The notes below the pieces were generated by a model. That model had not been told where the DNA came from and ran no database searches. It was given only the letters and a program-made list of their open reading frames with translations. A stretch of 64,000 nucleotides of DNA from an uncultured Solirubrobacterales bacterium (GTDB lineage Bacteria > Actinomycetota > Thermoleophilia > Solirubrobacterales > JBBDJG01), in contig OY970293.1 of NCBI GenBank assembly GCA_963716195.1, forward strand, positions 152,462 to 216,461, written 5' to 3'. A program made the translations under genes and the position numbers. The number at the start of each line of letters is the position of its first letter. Position 1 is the stretch's first letter. Below are positions 9,415 through 17,598 of this stretch, in pieces.

Positions 9415-9688
9415 GGACGGGCACCGAAGGGGGGTGATCCAGGGCGCTCGGCTGGCGACCTAAGTGGGACGAAGCGCAGACGCTGTCGTGCCGGTTTGCA
9501 CGCTTAGCCAGCTTTACGACTTCTTCGTAACACCCCGAATCGTTGCGTGATGAGTTGGGGTGGCTATAGGGACATCAACTCATCACAGAACAAGGGCCCC
9601 CTCACAAATCGGCCATTTTCCACCACTCACGTACGCAAGTCGTGAGCTTCCGCAAACGCTCGTCACGGTCGCCTTTCGATGCCCGTCC
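9415..9688 (+). repeat. Copy A of an intergenic inverted-arm element family (long form, 274 nt)
   Basis: 5' arm GGACGGGCACCGAAGGGGGGTGATCC, 3' arm CGCCTTTCGATGCCCGTCC, central hairpin GTGATGAGTTG...CAACTCATCAC at 9547-9586. Shares blocks GCGCTCGGCTG, GTGCCGGTT, CGTAACACC and TTCCGCAAA with copy D. Lies 53 nt from the rrf2 start. Confidence 0.7.
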
Positions 9689-9733
9689 TTCGGGGGCAGC
9701 GAAACGCGGCGAAATGGCAAAGCTCCGCGCCGC

Positions 9734-10390
9734 CTAGCTCCGCTCCCGCAACAACTCCCGCAGGTCATGCCCGAGCGCCTCGGGCGTGAGGAAGTCGATC
9801 GGGAATCCGACGCGCTGGCGGCCCTCGCGGTCTATCAGGACCACCCACGAGTTGTGCTCGACCCTCTCCGTTTGTGGCGAAAAGCCGTAAGCGCGCCACA
9901 CCGGCCGTAGCTCGTCGCGGGACCCGACCAGGAAGTCCATGTAGCCGCGCACCCGCTGCTCGAGCAGGAACGAGCGGGCGCTGTCAGCGCTGTCGTGTGC
10001 CGGGTCCACGCTCAGCGCAAGCGCCTTCACCTGCTCGCGCTTCCCGTCCGGCAACTCACCGAGCACGTCGCGTATCTGCTGGGCGATCAGCGGGCACGAG
10101 TCCTGGCAGGTCGTGTACATCGGCGCGAGCACCACGACCCGTCCGCGCAGCGCCCGCAGTGAGACCACGTCGCCGTCCTGGTCGGGCAGGGTGAAATCCC
10201 GTGGCGGGGTCTCGGGTCGGACCGCGCCCTTGAACTGCGACGTGGCGCCTTGAACCCCGTCCACCTCGGTCACCTGTGCGGCGGCGCCGTCGTTGCCGTC
10301 ATCGGAGCGGGCGGCGAGCGTGGCGGCGATCGCGCCGCCGAGCGCCATCACGGCGACCACGAGCAGCACCAGTTGCGCCCTTGAGAGCAC
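9734..10390 (-). CDS. SCO1/SenC-family copper chaperone (thioredoxin fold), membrane-anchored
   Basis: 218-aa ORF with an N-terminal TM helix and FTLPDQDGDVVSLRALRGRVVVLAPMYTTCQDSCPLIAQQI (CxxxC of the SCO family). Confidence 0.85.
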   Translation of the reverse strand: MLSRAQLVLLVVAVMALGGAIAATLAARSDDGNDGAAAQVTEVDGVQGATSQFKGAVRPETPPRDFTLPDQDGDVVSLRALRGRVVVLAPMYTTCQDSCPLIAQQIRDVLGELPDGKREQVKALALSVDPAHDSADSARSFLLEQRVRGYMDFLVGSRDELRPVWRAYGFSPQTERVEHNSWVVLIDREGRQRVGFPIDFLTPEALGHDLRELLRERS

Positions 10391-10423
10391 GAAAGACAGG
10401 GTATTTCAGGGTGGAGGGCGAGC

Positions 10424-11047
10424 CTACGGCTCTACGAGCCCGTGCCTGATCGCATAGCGCACGAGCTCCACGCGGTCGCGCATGCCGAGCTTCTGGAGCA
10501 CGTTCGCGCGATGCGACTCCACGGTCTTCTCGGACAGGTGCAGGATCTCCGCGATCTCCTTGTTCGTGTGCGCCTCGGCGATCAGCTTCACCACCTCCTC
10601 CTCGCGGGGCGTGAGCTCGGGCTGCTCGCCGCGCTCCAGGAAGTCGCGGATCAGAGCCTGCTGGGCGGCGGGGGTAAGAAAGGGCTCGCCCCGCCCAGCA
10701 GCGCGCACCGCCTCGACGAGGTCCTGGTCAGCCGCTCGCTTCAGGACGTAGCCCGCGGCGCCCGCGCGCAGCGCCTCGAACAGATAGCGCTCGTCCTCGT
10801 GCATGGACAGGATCAGGATCTGGACGTCGGGCGCCTGCTTGCGGATCTCGTGCGTCGCCTGCAGGCCGGTCATGCGCGGCATGGCGACGTCGAGGATCGC
10901 GAGATCCGGCTGCTCGGCGATCGCCTTCTCTATCGCCTCGACTCCGTCCTCGGCCTCGGCGACCACCTCCATGTCGGGCTGGCGGTCGATCAGCAGCTTC
11001 ACGCCCGAGCGCACGATGCCGTGATCGTCCGCGATCAGGATTCTCAT
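10424..11047 (-). CDS. Two-component response regulator, NarL/LuxR family
   Basis: 207-aa ORF: MRILIADDHGIVRSG...DLAILDVAMPRMTG receiver domain plus a C-terminal LuxR HTH (LTPREEEVVKLIAEAHTNKEIAEILHLSEKTVESHR). Confidence 0.9.
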   Translation of the reverse strand: MRILIADDHGIVRSGVKLLIDRQPDMEVVAEAEDGVEAIEKAIAEQPDLAILDVAMPRMTGLQATHEIRKQAPDVQILILSMHEDERYLFEALRAGAAGYVLKRAADQDLVEAVRAAGRGEPFLTPAAQQALIRDFLERGEQPELTPREEEVVKLIAEAHTNKEIAEILHLSEKTVESHRANVLQKLGMRDRVELVRYAIRHGLVEP

Positions 11048-12018
11048 TGCAGCGGCACCTCGAGCCGCACCGTCGTGCCCTTGCCGGGCCGGGAGTCCAC
11101 TTCGAGCCTGCCGTTCACGAGCAGCGCGCGCTCGCGCATGCCCGAGAGCCCGAGGCCCTTCGTTTCGTCTGCGAACGTGAATCCCTTGCCGTCGTCGACG
11201 ACCCGCAGGACGACGTGCGAGTTGGCCCGGCCGAGGCTGACGCCGATGTTGCTCGCCTGGCTGTGGCGAGCGGCATTGGTGAGCGCCTCCTGCGCGACTC
11301 GGTAGATCACCAGCTCGACGTCCTGCGGCAGTCCATCGAGGTCCTGGTCGAGCTCGAGCCGGGCGTGTGCCGTTCCGCGGCGGTCGTAGTGACGGACCTG
11401 GGTTGCCAGCGCCGCCTTCAGCCCATGGTCGTCGAGGGCCGCGGGGCGGAGCTGGCGGGCGAGGTCGAGGAGCTCGACCATCGCGCGGTTGGCCAGCTGC
11501 TTGGTCTGGTCGAGCTCGGCTCTCAGCTCCGGGGGGGCGTGCTGCGCCGCCGCCTCGAGGCGCAGAAGCAGCGCCGTCAGCGCCTGGTTGACCTCGTCGT
11601 GGAGGTCGCGCGCGACGCGCTTTCTCTCCTCCTCTTGCGCGCTCAGCGCAAGCTCGCCCGAACGCCGGCGTTCTTTCTCGAGCCGGTCGAGCATGCGGTT
11701 GAACGCGGCGGCCAGGCGCTGGATGTCCGTCGTTCCTCCGGTGACCGCCTCGTCCAGCTCCACGCGCCGGCCGGGTTGGGAGAGGTCGATCCGCTCCATG
11801 GTGTCGAGCACGCGCTCCAGGGGCTCGAACCGGCGCCGCAGGAGCCAGATGTTGACCACCAGGGTCAGGAGCAGGGCCAGGGCAAGGACGAGGAACTGCC
11901 GGCGCTGGCCGGCGAGCGTCAGGTCGAGGCCGGCCGCCATGCTGGCCACGAAGATCGCCGTGGCCACGAGCAGCAGGTTGAAGGCCAGTATCTGACCGAG
12001 CAGGGAAGGGCGTCTCAT
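11044..12018 (-). CDS. Sensor histidine kinase (HisKA_3 / NarX-DesK type)
   Basis: 324-aa ORF with N-terminal TM segments, H-box RVARDLHDEVNQALTAL, and an HATPase C-terminus (DDGKGF...GLGLSGMRERA). Overlaps the regulator start by 4 nt. Confidence 0.85.
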   Translation of the reverse strand: MRRPSLLGQILAFNLLLVATAIFVASMAAGLDLTLAGQRRQFLVLALALLLTLVVNIWLLRRRFEPLERVLDTMERIDLSQPGRRVELDEAVTGGTTDIQRLAAAFNRMLDRLEKERRRSGELALSAQEEERKRVARDLHDEVNQALTALLLRLEAAAQHAPPELRAELDQTKQLANRAMVELLDLARQLRPAALDDHGLKAALATQVRHYDRRGTAHARLELDQDLDGLPQDVELVIYRVAQEALTNAARHSQASNIGVSLGRANSHVVLRVVDDGKGFTFADETKGLGLSGMRERALLVNGRLEVDSRPGKGTTVRLEVPLQ

Positions 12019-12170
12019 GGCTCTGTCACGGTTCCGTCGCTAACCTGGATCAGGTGGGCACCGCAAGCCAATGGGGTCCGGACCCGATACCGGGAAAGCC
12101 CGCTCCGGACGATAATTATCGGGCACAAGGCACTGATTCAGGGCAGGGAGCCCGGTAGGAAAGCTTGGAG

Positions 12171-13031
12171 ATGTCACAGGTAACTCAAACGAATTGGAAG
12201 GCGGGAATCCGCACCACCATTCTGCTCGCGTCGCTGACGGGGCTGCTGGTGCTGCTCGGTGCGCTGATCGGCGGTCCGAGCACAGCACTCATGTTCCTGG
12301 TCATCGGGGCAGTCATAAACCTGGGTGCTTATTGGTTCTCGGACAAGATCGCTCTCAAGATGAGCCGGGCGAAGCCTCTGAACGAGGAAGACGCACCGAG
12401 GCTGCACCAGATGGTTCGCGAGCTCGCTCACTCGGCAGGATTGCCGATGCCGCGGCTGTACGTGATCCCGGCAAGCCAGCCGAACGCCTTCGCGACCGGC
12501 CGCAGCCCCAAGCACGCTGCGGTCGCGGTCACCGAGGGCATCACTCACCTCCTGAGCGAGAGTGAGTTGAGGGGCGTCATAGCGCACGAGTTGGCTCACA
12601 TCCGCAACCGCGACACGCTGATCACCTCCGTCGCCGCGACGATCGGCGGGGCGATCACGTGGATCGCCTACCTGCTCCTGTTCGTGGGCGGCGACGACGA
12701 CAGCCCGCTCGGGCTGATCGGCAGCCTCGCGCTGGTGATACTCGCGCCGATCTCGGCGACGATCATCCAGCTCGCCATCTCACGTCAGCGCGAGTACTCG
12801 GCCGACGCGACCGGTGCGCGCATCTCGGGTACGCCGAACGCCCTCGCGGACGCTCTCGAGCGTCTCGAGGCCGGCGCCAAGGAGATGCCGATGCAGGTCA
12901 ACGCGGCATCCGAGCCGCTCTACATCGTCAAGCCGTTCAGCGGCGGGGGCATCGCGGGTCTGTTCTCGACCCACCCCCCGATCGACGAACGCGTGCGGCG
13001 CCTGCGCGAGCTGGCAGGGAGCGTGAGCTAG
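12171..13031 (+). CDS. htpX: Zinc metalloprotease HtpX (M48)
   Basis: HELAHIRNRD zinc motif, four TM segments, C-terminal FSTHPPIDERVRRL. The track start is TTG 12165. ATG 12171 has AGGAAAG 9 nt upstream. Confidence 0.9.
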   Translation: MSQVTQTNWKAGIRTTILLASLTGLLVLLGALIGGPSTALMFLVIGAVINLGAYWFSDKIALKMSRAKPLNEEDAPRLHQMVRELAHSAGLPMPRLYVIPASQPNAFATGRSPKHAAVAVTEGITHLLSESELRGVIAHELAHIRNRDTLITSVAATIGGAITWIAYLLLFVGGDDDSPLGLIGSLALVILAPISATIIQLAISRQREYSADATGARISGTPNALADALERLEAGAKEMPMQVNAASEPLYIVKPFSGGGIAGLFSTHPPIDERVRRLRELAGSVS

Positions 13032-13089
13032 GACAAAGGCTTATGGAACCGGAGTTCTCGCGGAGCTTCGGCAACATAAGGGGGCTACT

Positions 13090-13116
13090 GCGGCGGCGCT
13101 GTTTCAGCGCCGCCGC
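13090..13116 (+). terminator. Stem-loop downstream of htpX (weak intrinsic terminator candidate)
   Basis: GCGGCGGCGCT-GTTTC-AGCGCCGCCGC, an 11-bp perfect stem. The downstream tract AAGCTATTC is only weakly T-rich. Confidence 0.4.
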
Positions 13117-13160
13117 AAGCTATTCGGGGGCGCCGAGGGCTCTCGTCCATTCCTAGACTT

Positions 13161-13988
13161 GTGCCGATGAGCGTGTATCTCGCGGCCTGCGCCATCTACC
13201 GGGACGAGGCGCACTACCTGCCCGAGTGGATCGAGTTTCACCGCCTGCTCGGAGTCGAGCGGTTTTTCCTGTACGACAACTTCAGCGAGGACGACCACCT
13301 GCGCGCACTGCGGCCGTACGTCCGCCAGGGCGTCGTCCATCCGCAGGACTGGCCGCTCTTCGGCGATCAGCAGCGCAGAGCGTACGACCACTGCCTCGGG
13401 GAGCATCGCGACGAGGCGCGCTGGATCGCGTTCATCGACCTCGACGAGTTCCTGTTCTCGCCCGGTGGCCGGCCGCTGCCCGAGCTGCTCGCCGAGTACG
13501 AGGACGCCCCGGGGGTGTGCGTGGCGCGGCGCGAGTACATGATGTCCGGCCACCAGACCCGCCCTGAAGGGCTCGTGATCGAGAACTACGTGCGGGCGCG
13601 GATCCTGCGCCCCGACCGCGCCGTCCCGTTCAAGAGCATCGTCGATCCGAGCCGCGCGAATCACTGCCTGAACTCCCACAACTTCGCCTACCGCGACAGC
13701 GCCCTGCCCGTGGACGAGAAGGGAGAGGTCATGAAGCCGCCCTGGCGCACCAGGGCTGTGCCCTGCGAGCGGCTGCGGGTCAACCACTACTTCACGAAGT
13801 CCGCCGAGGAGGCCAAGAGCAAGCTGGCTACCCTCGACGCTCGCGGCCTGCCGCGCCCGCTCGAGATGCCGGAGGACTTTGACAGGTGGGTCCGGGCCGA
13901 GCCCGACCTCACCTATGAGGACGACGTGCTCGTCTCCTATGGCCCAGCTGTGCGGGCCGCCCTGGAGCGGTCCAGTACCGCTTGCTAG
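13161..13988 (+). CDS. Glycosyltransferase family 92-like protein (paralogue 1)
   Basis: MSVYLAACAIYRDEAHYLPEWIEFHRLLGVERFFLYDNFSEDD...IAFIDLDEFLF matches my recollection of bacterial GT92/DUF23 proteins. Clear paralogue of 43889-44680. Confidence 0.65.
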   Translation: MPMSVYLAACAIYRDEAHYLPEWIEFHRLLGVERFFLYDNFSEDDHLRALRPYVRQGVVHPQDWPLFGDQQRRAYDHCLGEHRDEARWIAFIDLDEFLFSPGGRPLPELLAEYEDAPGVCVARREYMMSGHQTRPEGLVIENYVRARILRPDRAVPFKSIVDPSRANHCLNSHNFAYRDSALPVDEKGEVMKPPWRTRAVPCERLRVNHYFTKSAEEAKSKLATLDARGLPRPLEMPEDFDRWVRAEPDLTYEDDVLVSYGPAVRAALERSSTAC

Positions 13989-14026
13989 CATAGCTATAAA
14001 AGTCAGTCGAAATTAGAGGAATTACG

Positions 14027-15244
14027 GTGACGACCGAGGGAACACGGCACCGCTCCGGGCGGGAGCTGATCAAGGAGATTCGCTCTCGGGTCGAGGAAAT
14101 CGACCCGACCGCGGTCCAGCAGGAGCTGGACGTGCGGGAGAGCAACGGCAGCGCCGACAAGGCGGTGGCGGTGATAGACGTGCGCGAGCAGCACGAGTTC
14201 GAGGCCGGCCACATTCCCGGCGCCGTGCACGTGCCTCGGGGACACCTCGAGTCGAGGATCGAGAACTTCGTCCCCCAGCGCGACCGGCGCATCGTCCTGT
14301 ACTGCCAGACGGGGCAGCGCTCGGCGCTGGCCGCCGACACGCTCAAGGAGCAGCTCGGCTACGAGGACGTCGCCTCCATGAACGGCGGCTTCACGCTCTG
14401 GCGCGACCGTGGTCTTCCCTTCGTGCAGCCGCGCGCCCTCACCGACGTCCAGAAGCAGCGCTATTCGCGTCATCTCTTGATCCCGGAGGTCGGGATCGAG
14501 GGCCAGCAGAAGCTGCTCGACGCGAAGGTCCTGATGATCGGCGCCGGCGGCCTCGGCTCGCCGGCCGCGCTTTACCTCGCGGCGGCGGGCGTGGGCACCC
14601 TCGGGATCGTCGACGACGACGTCGTCGACCTCACGAACCTTCAGCGGCAGGTGATCCACAACTCGGAGCGCATCGGCGAGCCCAAGGTCGATTCGGCGCG
14701 CGAGACCATCGCTGCGCTCAACCCCGACGTCGAGGTGGTCCCCTATCGCACGCGCCTCGACGCGGACAACGTGCTCGACCTGATCCGCGACTACGACGTG
14801 ATCGTCGACGGCGCTGACAACTTCCCCACGCGCTACCTGCTGAACGATGCAGCGGTGCGCGAGCGCAAGCCGGTCGTGCACGCGTCCATCCTCGGGTTCG
14901 ACGGGCAGCTGACGGTTTTCAAGCCTTACGAGGGCCCCTGCTACCGCTGCCTCTACCCGCAACCGCCGCCCGCCGATCTCGCGCCATCGTGCGGCGCCAA
15001 CGGCGTGCTCGGCGTGCTGCCCGGCATCATGGGGCTGCTGCAGGCGAACGAGACGATCAAGCTCATCATCGGTCAGGGTCAGCCGCTGATCGGCAAGCTC
15101 CTTCTCTTTGAGGCGCTTTCGACGCAGTTCACCGAGCTGAAGGTTCGCCGCGACGCGGAGGGGTGCCCGACCTGTGGTGACGGCATCGACCTCGAGAGCA
15201 CCGAGTTCGAGGACTACGAAGCCCTCTGCGCCGCCGCAGGCTAG
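14027..15244 (+). CDS. MoeZ/MoeB-like E1 adenylyltransferase-sulfurtransferase with N-terminal rhodanese domain
   Basis: 405-aa ORF. N-terminal rhodanese (VIDVREQHEFEAGHIPGAVHVP...LYCQTGQRSALAA). Then ThiF/MoeB (KVLMIGAGGLGSPAALYLAAAGVGTLGIVDDDVVDLTNLQRQ) with CYRC...CPTC zinc motifs. GTG start is preceded by AGAGGAA. Confidence 0.85.
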   Translation: MTTEGTRHRSGRELIKEIRSRVEEIDPTAVQQELDVRESNGSADKAVAVIDVREQHEFEAGHIPGAVHVPRGHLESRIENFVPQRDRRIVLYCQTGQRSALAADTLKEQLGYEDVASMNGGFTLWRDRGLPFVQPRALTDVQKQRYSRHLLIPEVGIEGQQKLLDAKVLMIGAGGLGSPAALYLAAAGVGTLGIVDDDVVDLTNLQRQVIHNSERIGEPKVDSARETIAALNPDVEVVPYRTRLDADNVLDLIRDYDVIVDGADNFPTRYLLNDAAVRERKPVVHASILGFDGQLTVFKPYEGPCYRCLYPQPPPADLAPSCGANGVLGVLPGIMGLLQANETIKLIIGQGQPLIGKLLLFEALSTQFTELKVRRDAEGCPTCGDGIDLESTEFEDYEALCAAAG

Positions 15245-15273
15245 GTTGGCCGATTCCGGCTAGGCTTGCGCGC

Positions 15274-15546
15274 ATGGCCGTCGTCAAGATTCCACCGGTA
15301 CTGCGTCCTTCCACCAGCGGCATGAGCCAGCTCGAGGTGGAGGGCGGGACCGTCGGCGAGGTCCTGCGCGGGCTTGCCAATCAGTACCCGGCCACCCAGG
15401 ATCAGCTGCTCTCGGTCGAAGGCGAGCTGAACCGGTACGTCAACGTCTACGTCAACGACGAGGACGTGCGGGTCCAGAACGGTCTCCAGACCAGCGTTGC
15501 GCCGGGTGACACGATCGTGATCCTGCCCGCCATGGCCGGGGGATAG
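15274..15546 (+). CDS. cysO: MoaD/ThiS-family sulfur-carrier protein (CysO-like), C-terminal Gly-Gly
   Basis: 90-aa ORF ending ...TIVILPAMAGG followed by stop. Located between the E1-like gene and the cysteine synthase gene. Confidence 0.8.
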   Translation: MAVVKIPPVLRPSTSGMSQLEVEGGTVGEVLRGLANQYPATQDQLLSVEGELNRYVNVYVNDEDVRVQNGLQTSVAPGDTIVILPAMAGG

Positions 15547-15551
15547 AGCAA

Positions 15552-15595
15552 TTCCGGGTTTTGCTTAGGCGCAAAACCGGGAGCTCCGAGGGCTC
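15552..15595. repeat. 44-nt hairpin repeat, copy 1 (immediately after the cysO stop)
   Basis: TTCCGGGTTTTGCTTAGGCGCAAAACCGGGAGCTCCGAGGGCTC. Nearly identical to 56536-56580. Confidence 0.65.
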
Positions 15596-15613
15596 AACAC
15601 ACCCGATTACACT

Positions 15614-16588
15614 TTGCGCACCATGCTTTCAGCCCGGCCAGTGAGGGAGCCGCGTCCATGTTGTCCCGACCTCGTCGGCGTGATCGGCAACACGCCCATG
15701 GTCGAGCTCAAGCGCATGTCTCCGAAGGAAGGCGTGCGTCTCTTCGCCAAGCTCGAGTTCTACAACCCCACGGGCTCGGTCAAGGACCGAGTTGCCCGCG
15801 CGATGATCGAGCGCGCCGAGCAGGAGGGCGCCATCGCTCCCGGTCAGACGATCCTCGAGCCGACCTCCGGCAACACGGGCATCTCGCTGGGGCTCGTCTG
15901 TCGCCTCAAGGGCTATCCGCTCAAGGTCGTGATGCCGGAGAACGTCACGGAAGAACGGTCGAAGCTCTTGCGCATGTACGGGGCGGAGATCGTCTACTCC
16001 GAGGGCTCTAAGGGATCGAACGGGGCCGTCGAGCTCGCGCTCGAGATGGCGCAGGGCGACCCGAGCTACTACATGCCCTACCAGTACGGCAATCCCGCCA
16101 ACCCCGACGCGCACTACCACGGCACCGCGGAGGAGATCCTCGAGGAGCTGGACGATGTGACGGCTTTCGTGGCCGGCCTCGGCACGGGTGGGACGTTGAT
16201 GGGCAACGGGCGCCGGCTGAAGGAGCACGATTCGAATACGACGATCGTCGCCGCGGAGCCGCTTCAGGGAGAGCTGGTGCAGGGACTGCGCTCACTCGAC
16301 GACGGCTTCATCCCGCCGATCATCGACATCTCCCTCCTGGACCGGAAGATTCTCGTCTCCAATCGCGACGCCATCATCTGGACGCAGAGAATGTTCTTCG
16401 AGGAGGGGATCTTTGCGGGAGTCTCCTCCGGAGCGATCGCGTCGGTGGCGGTACGGGTGGCGAACGAGCTCGACGAGGGAAACGTCGTGTTCATCATCGC
16501 CGACGACGGCTCGAAGTACCTGTCGGCGGACATCTGGACGAAGTCCGTCGACGAGTTGGAGCAGGTCGACTCCACCGTTTGGTGGTAA
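15614..16588 (+). CDS. cysM: PLP-dependent cysteine synthase (CysM-like, thiocarboxylate-dependent)
   Basis: 324-aa ORF: IGNTPMVELKRM...KLEFYNPTGSVKDRVA (PLP Lys)...EPTSGNTGISLG. The start is uncertain (TTG 15614 or ATG 15623). Confidence 0.85.
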   Translation: MRTMLSARPVREPRPCCPDLVGVIGNTPMVELKRMSPKEGVRLFAKLEFYNPTGSVKDRVARAMIERAEQEGAIAPGQTILEPTSGNTGISLGLVCRLKGYPLKVVMPENVTEERSKLLRMYGAEIVYSEGSKGSNGAVELALEMAQGDPSYYMPYQYGNPANPDAHYHGTAEEILEELDDVTAFVAGLGTGGTLMGNGRRLKEHDSNTTIVAAEPLQGELVQGLRSLDDGFIPPIIDISLLDRKILVSNRDAIIWTQRMFFEEGIFAGVSSGAIASVAVRVANELDEGNVVFIIADDGSKYLSADIWTKSVDELEQVDSTVWW

Positions 16589-16651
16589 CGGCCGCGGTGC
16601 CGAACGTTTTCCGGCCGGAGGGGGCGACGCCCCCGCCGTCGGCGTAGCCGC

Positions 16652-17047
16652 ATGGAGATCGAGCGCAGCATGGTCGACGACCTCTTCGCGCACGCGCGCG
16701 AGGACCTGCCCAACGAGTGCTGCGGCCTGATCGCCGCGCAGGACGGGCGTGCGGTGAAGGTCTACCGCGCGCACAATGCCGAGGCCAGTCCCGTCCGCTA
16801 CGGGCTCGATCCGCGCGAGCAGTACAAGATGATGATGGACATGGAGGAGCGCGGGTGGAAGCTCGGCGCCATCTACCACTCGCACACGCGCAGCCCCGCC
16901 TACCCGTCCCAGACCGACGTCAACCTCGCCTTCTATCCGGAGGCGCTCTACCTGATCGTGTCGCTCCAGGATCCCGAGCAGCCAGACCTGCGCGCCTTCA
17001 AGATCGTGGACGGGTCGATCGAAGAGGTTGCCCTCACGGTGTCCTGA
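16652..17047 (+). CDS. mec: JAMM/MPN+ metalloprotease (Mec-like, CysO-cysteine hydrolase)
   Basis: 131-aa ORF: NECCGLIAA...IYHSHTRSPAYPSQTD (the E...HxH...S..D JAMM motif). Confidence 0.85.
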   Translation: MEIERSMVDDLFAHAREDLPNECCGLIAAQDGRAVKVYRAHNAEASPVRYGLDPREQYKMMMDMEERGWKLGAIYHSHTRSPAYPSQTDVNLAFYPEALYLIVSLQDPEQPDLRAFKIVDGSIEEVALTVS

Positions 17048-17084
17048 TCTCCGGCCTCGGCGGCAAGGGCCTACAGTTAACGAC

Positions 17085-17588
17085 GTGGATTCGGCCTCGG
17101 GACCTCTCGCCTGCCCGAAGTGCGCGACGCGCTACTCGCTCGACGAGCGCTTCTGCACGAACTGCGGGATGCCGCTCGTCTACTCCGGGCGCGGCGACGA
17201 GAACCCGGTCACCGAGCAGCACGAGCGCGCGCGCAAGATCAAGGCGCAGTACACGCATGGCGACCTGCGCAGAGTGGTGACGGCACGCCAGCAGGCGGAA
17301 GCCGAGTTCATCCAGCTACTGCTGCTCGAGGAAGGGATTCCGAGCACACTGCGGCGCGCGACCTGGGACGTGCCGGAGTTTCTGGCCGCCGGGCCACGCG
17401 ACGTGCTGGTGCCGGAGTCCGGACTCGAGGTGGCCAGGGACGTTCTGCGCCAGAGCGACATCACGCCCGAGCTCGAGGCCGCTCAACGCACCGGTGCCGG
17501 CGGCGGGCCCTCGCCGGTGATGCTGCTGGCCGGGATCGTGGTCGCGCTCGCGATCATCGCGCTGCTGCTCCTCGTCGGTGGCCGCTAG
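17085..17588 (+). CDS. Zinc-ribbon protein with putative signal-transducing (DUF2007-like) domain and C-terminal TM anchor
   Basis: CPKCATRYSLDERFCTNCG zinc ribbon. The central AEAEFIQLLLLEEGIPSTL...VLVPESGLEVARDVL resembles DUF2007. C-terminal helix LLAGIVVALAIIALLLLV. The start is uncertain (GTG 17085; the track ORF starts at 17028 inside mec). Confidence 0.5.
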   Translation: MDSASGPLACPKCATRYSLDERFCTNCGMPLVYSGRGDENPVTEQHERARKIKAQYTHGDLRRVVTARQQAEAEFIQLLLLEEGIPSTLRRATWDVPEFLAAGPRDVLVPESGLEVARDVLRQSDITPELEAAQRTGAGGGPSPVMLLAGIVVALAIIALLLLVGGR

Positions 17589-17598
17589 CAAGCAGACG

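Noticed and set aside
13990-14026. An AT-rich segment TCGAAATTAGAGGAATTACG upstream of the E1-like gene that shares GAAATTAGA with the suf island at 6273-6288.
   Set aside because: Only a 9-nt word is shared, and there is no palindrome here. The sequence is adequately explained as an RBS (AGAGGAA) plus an AT-rich promoter region.
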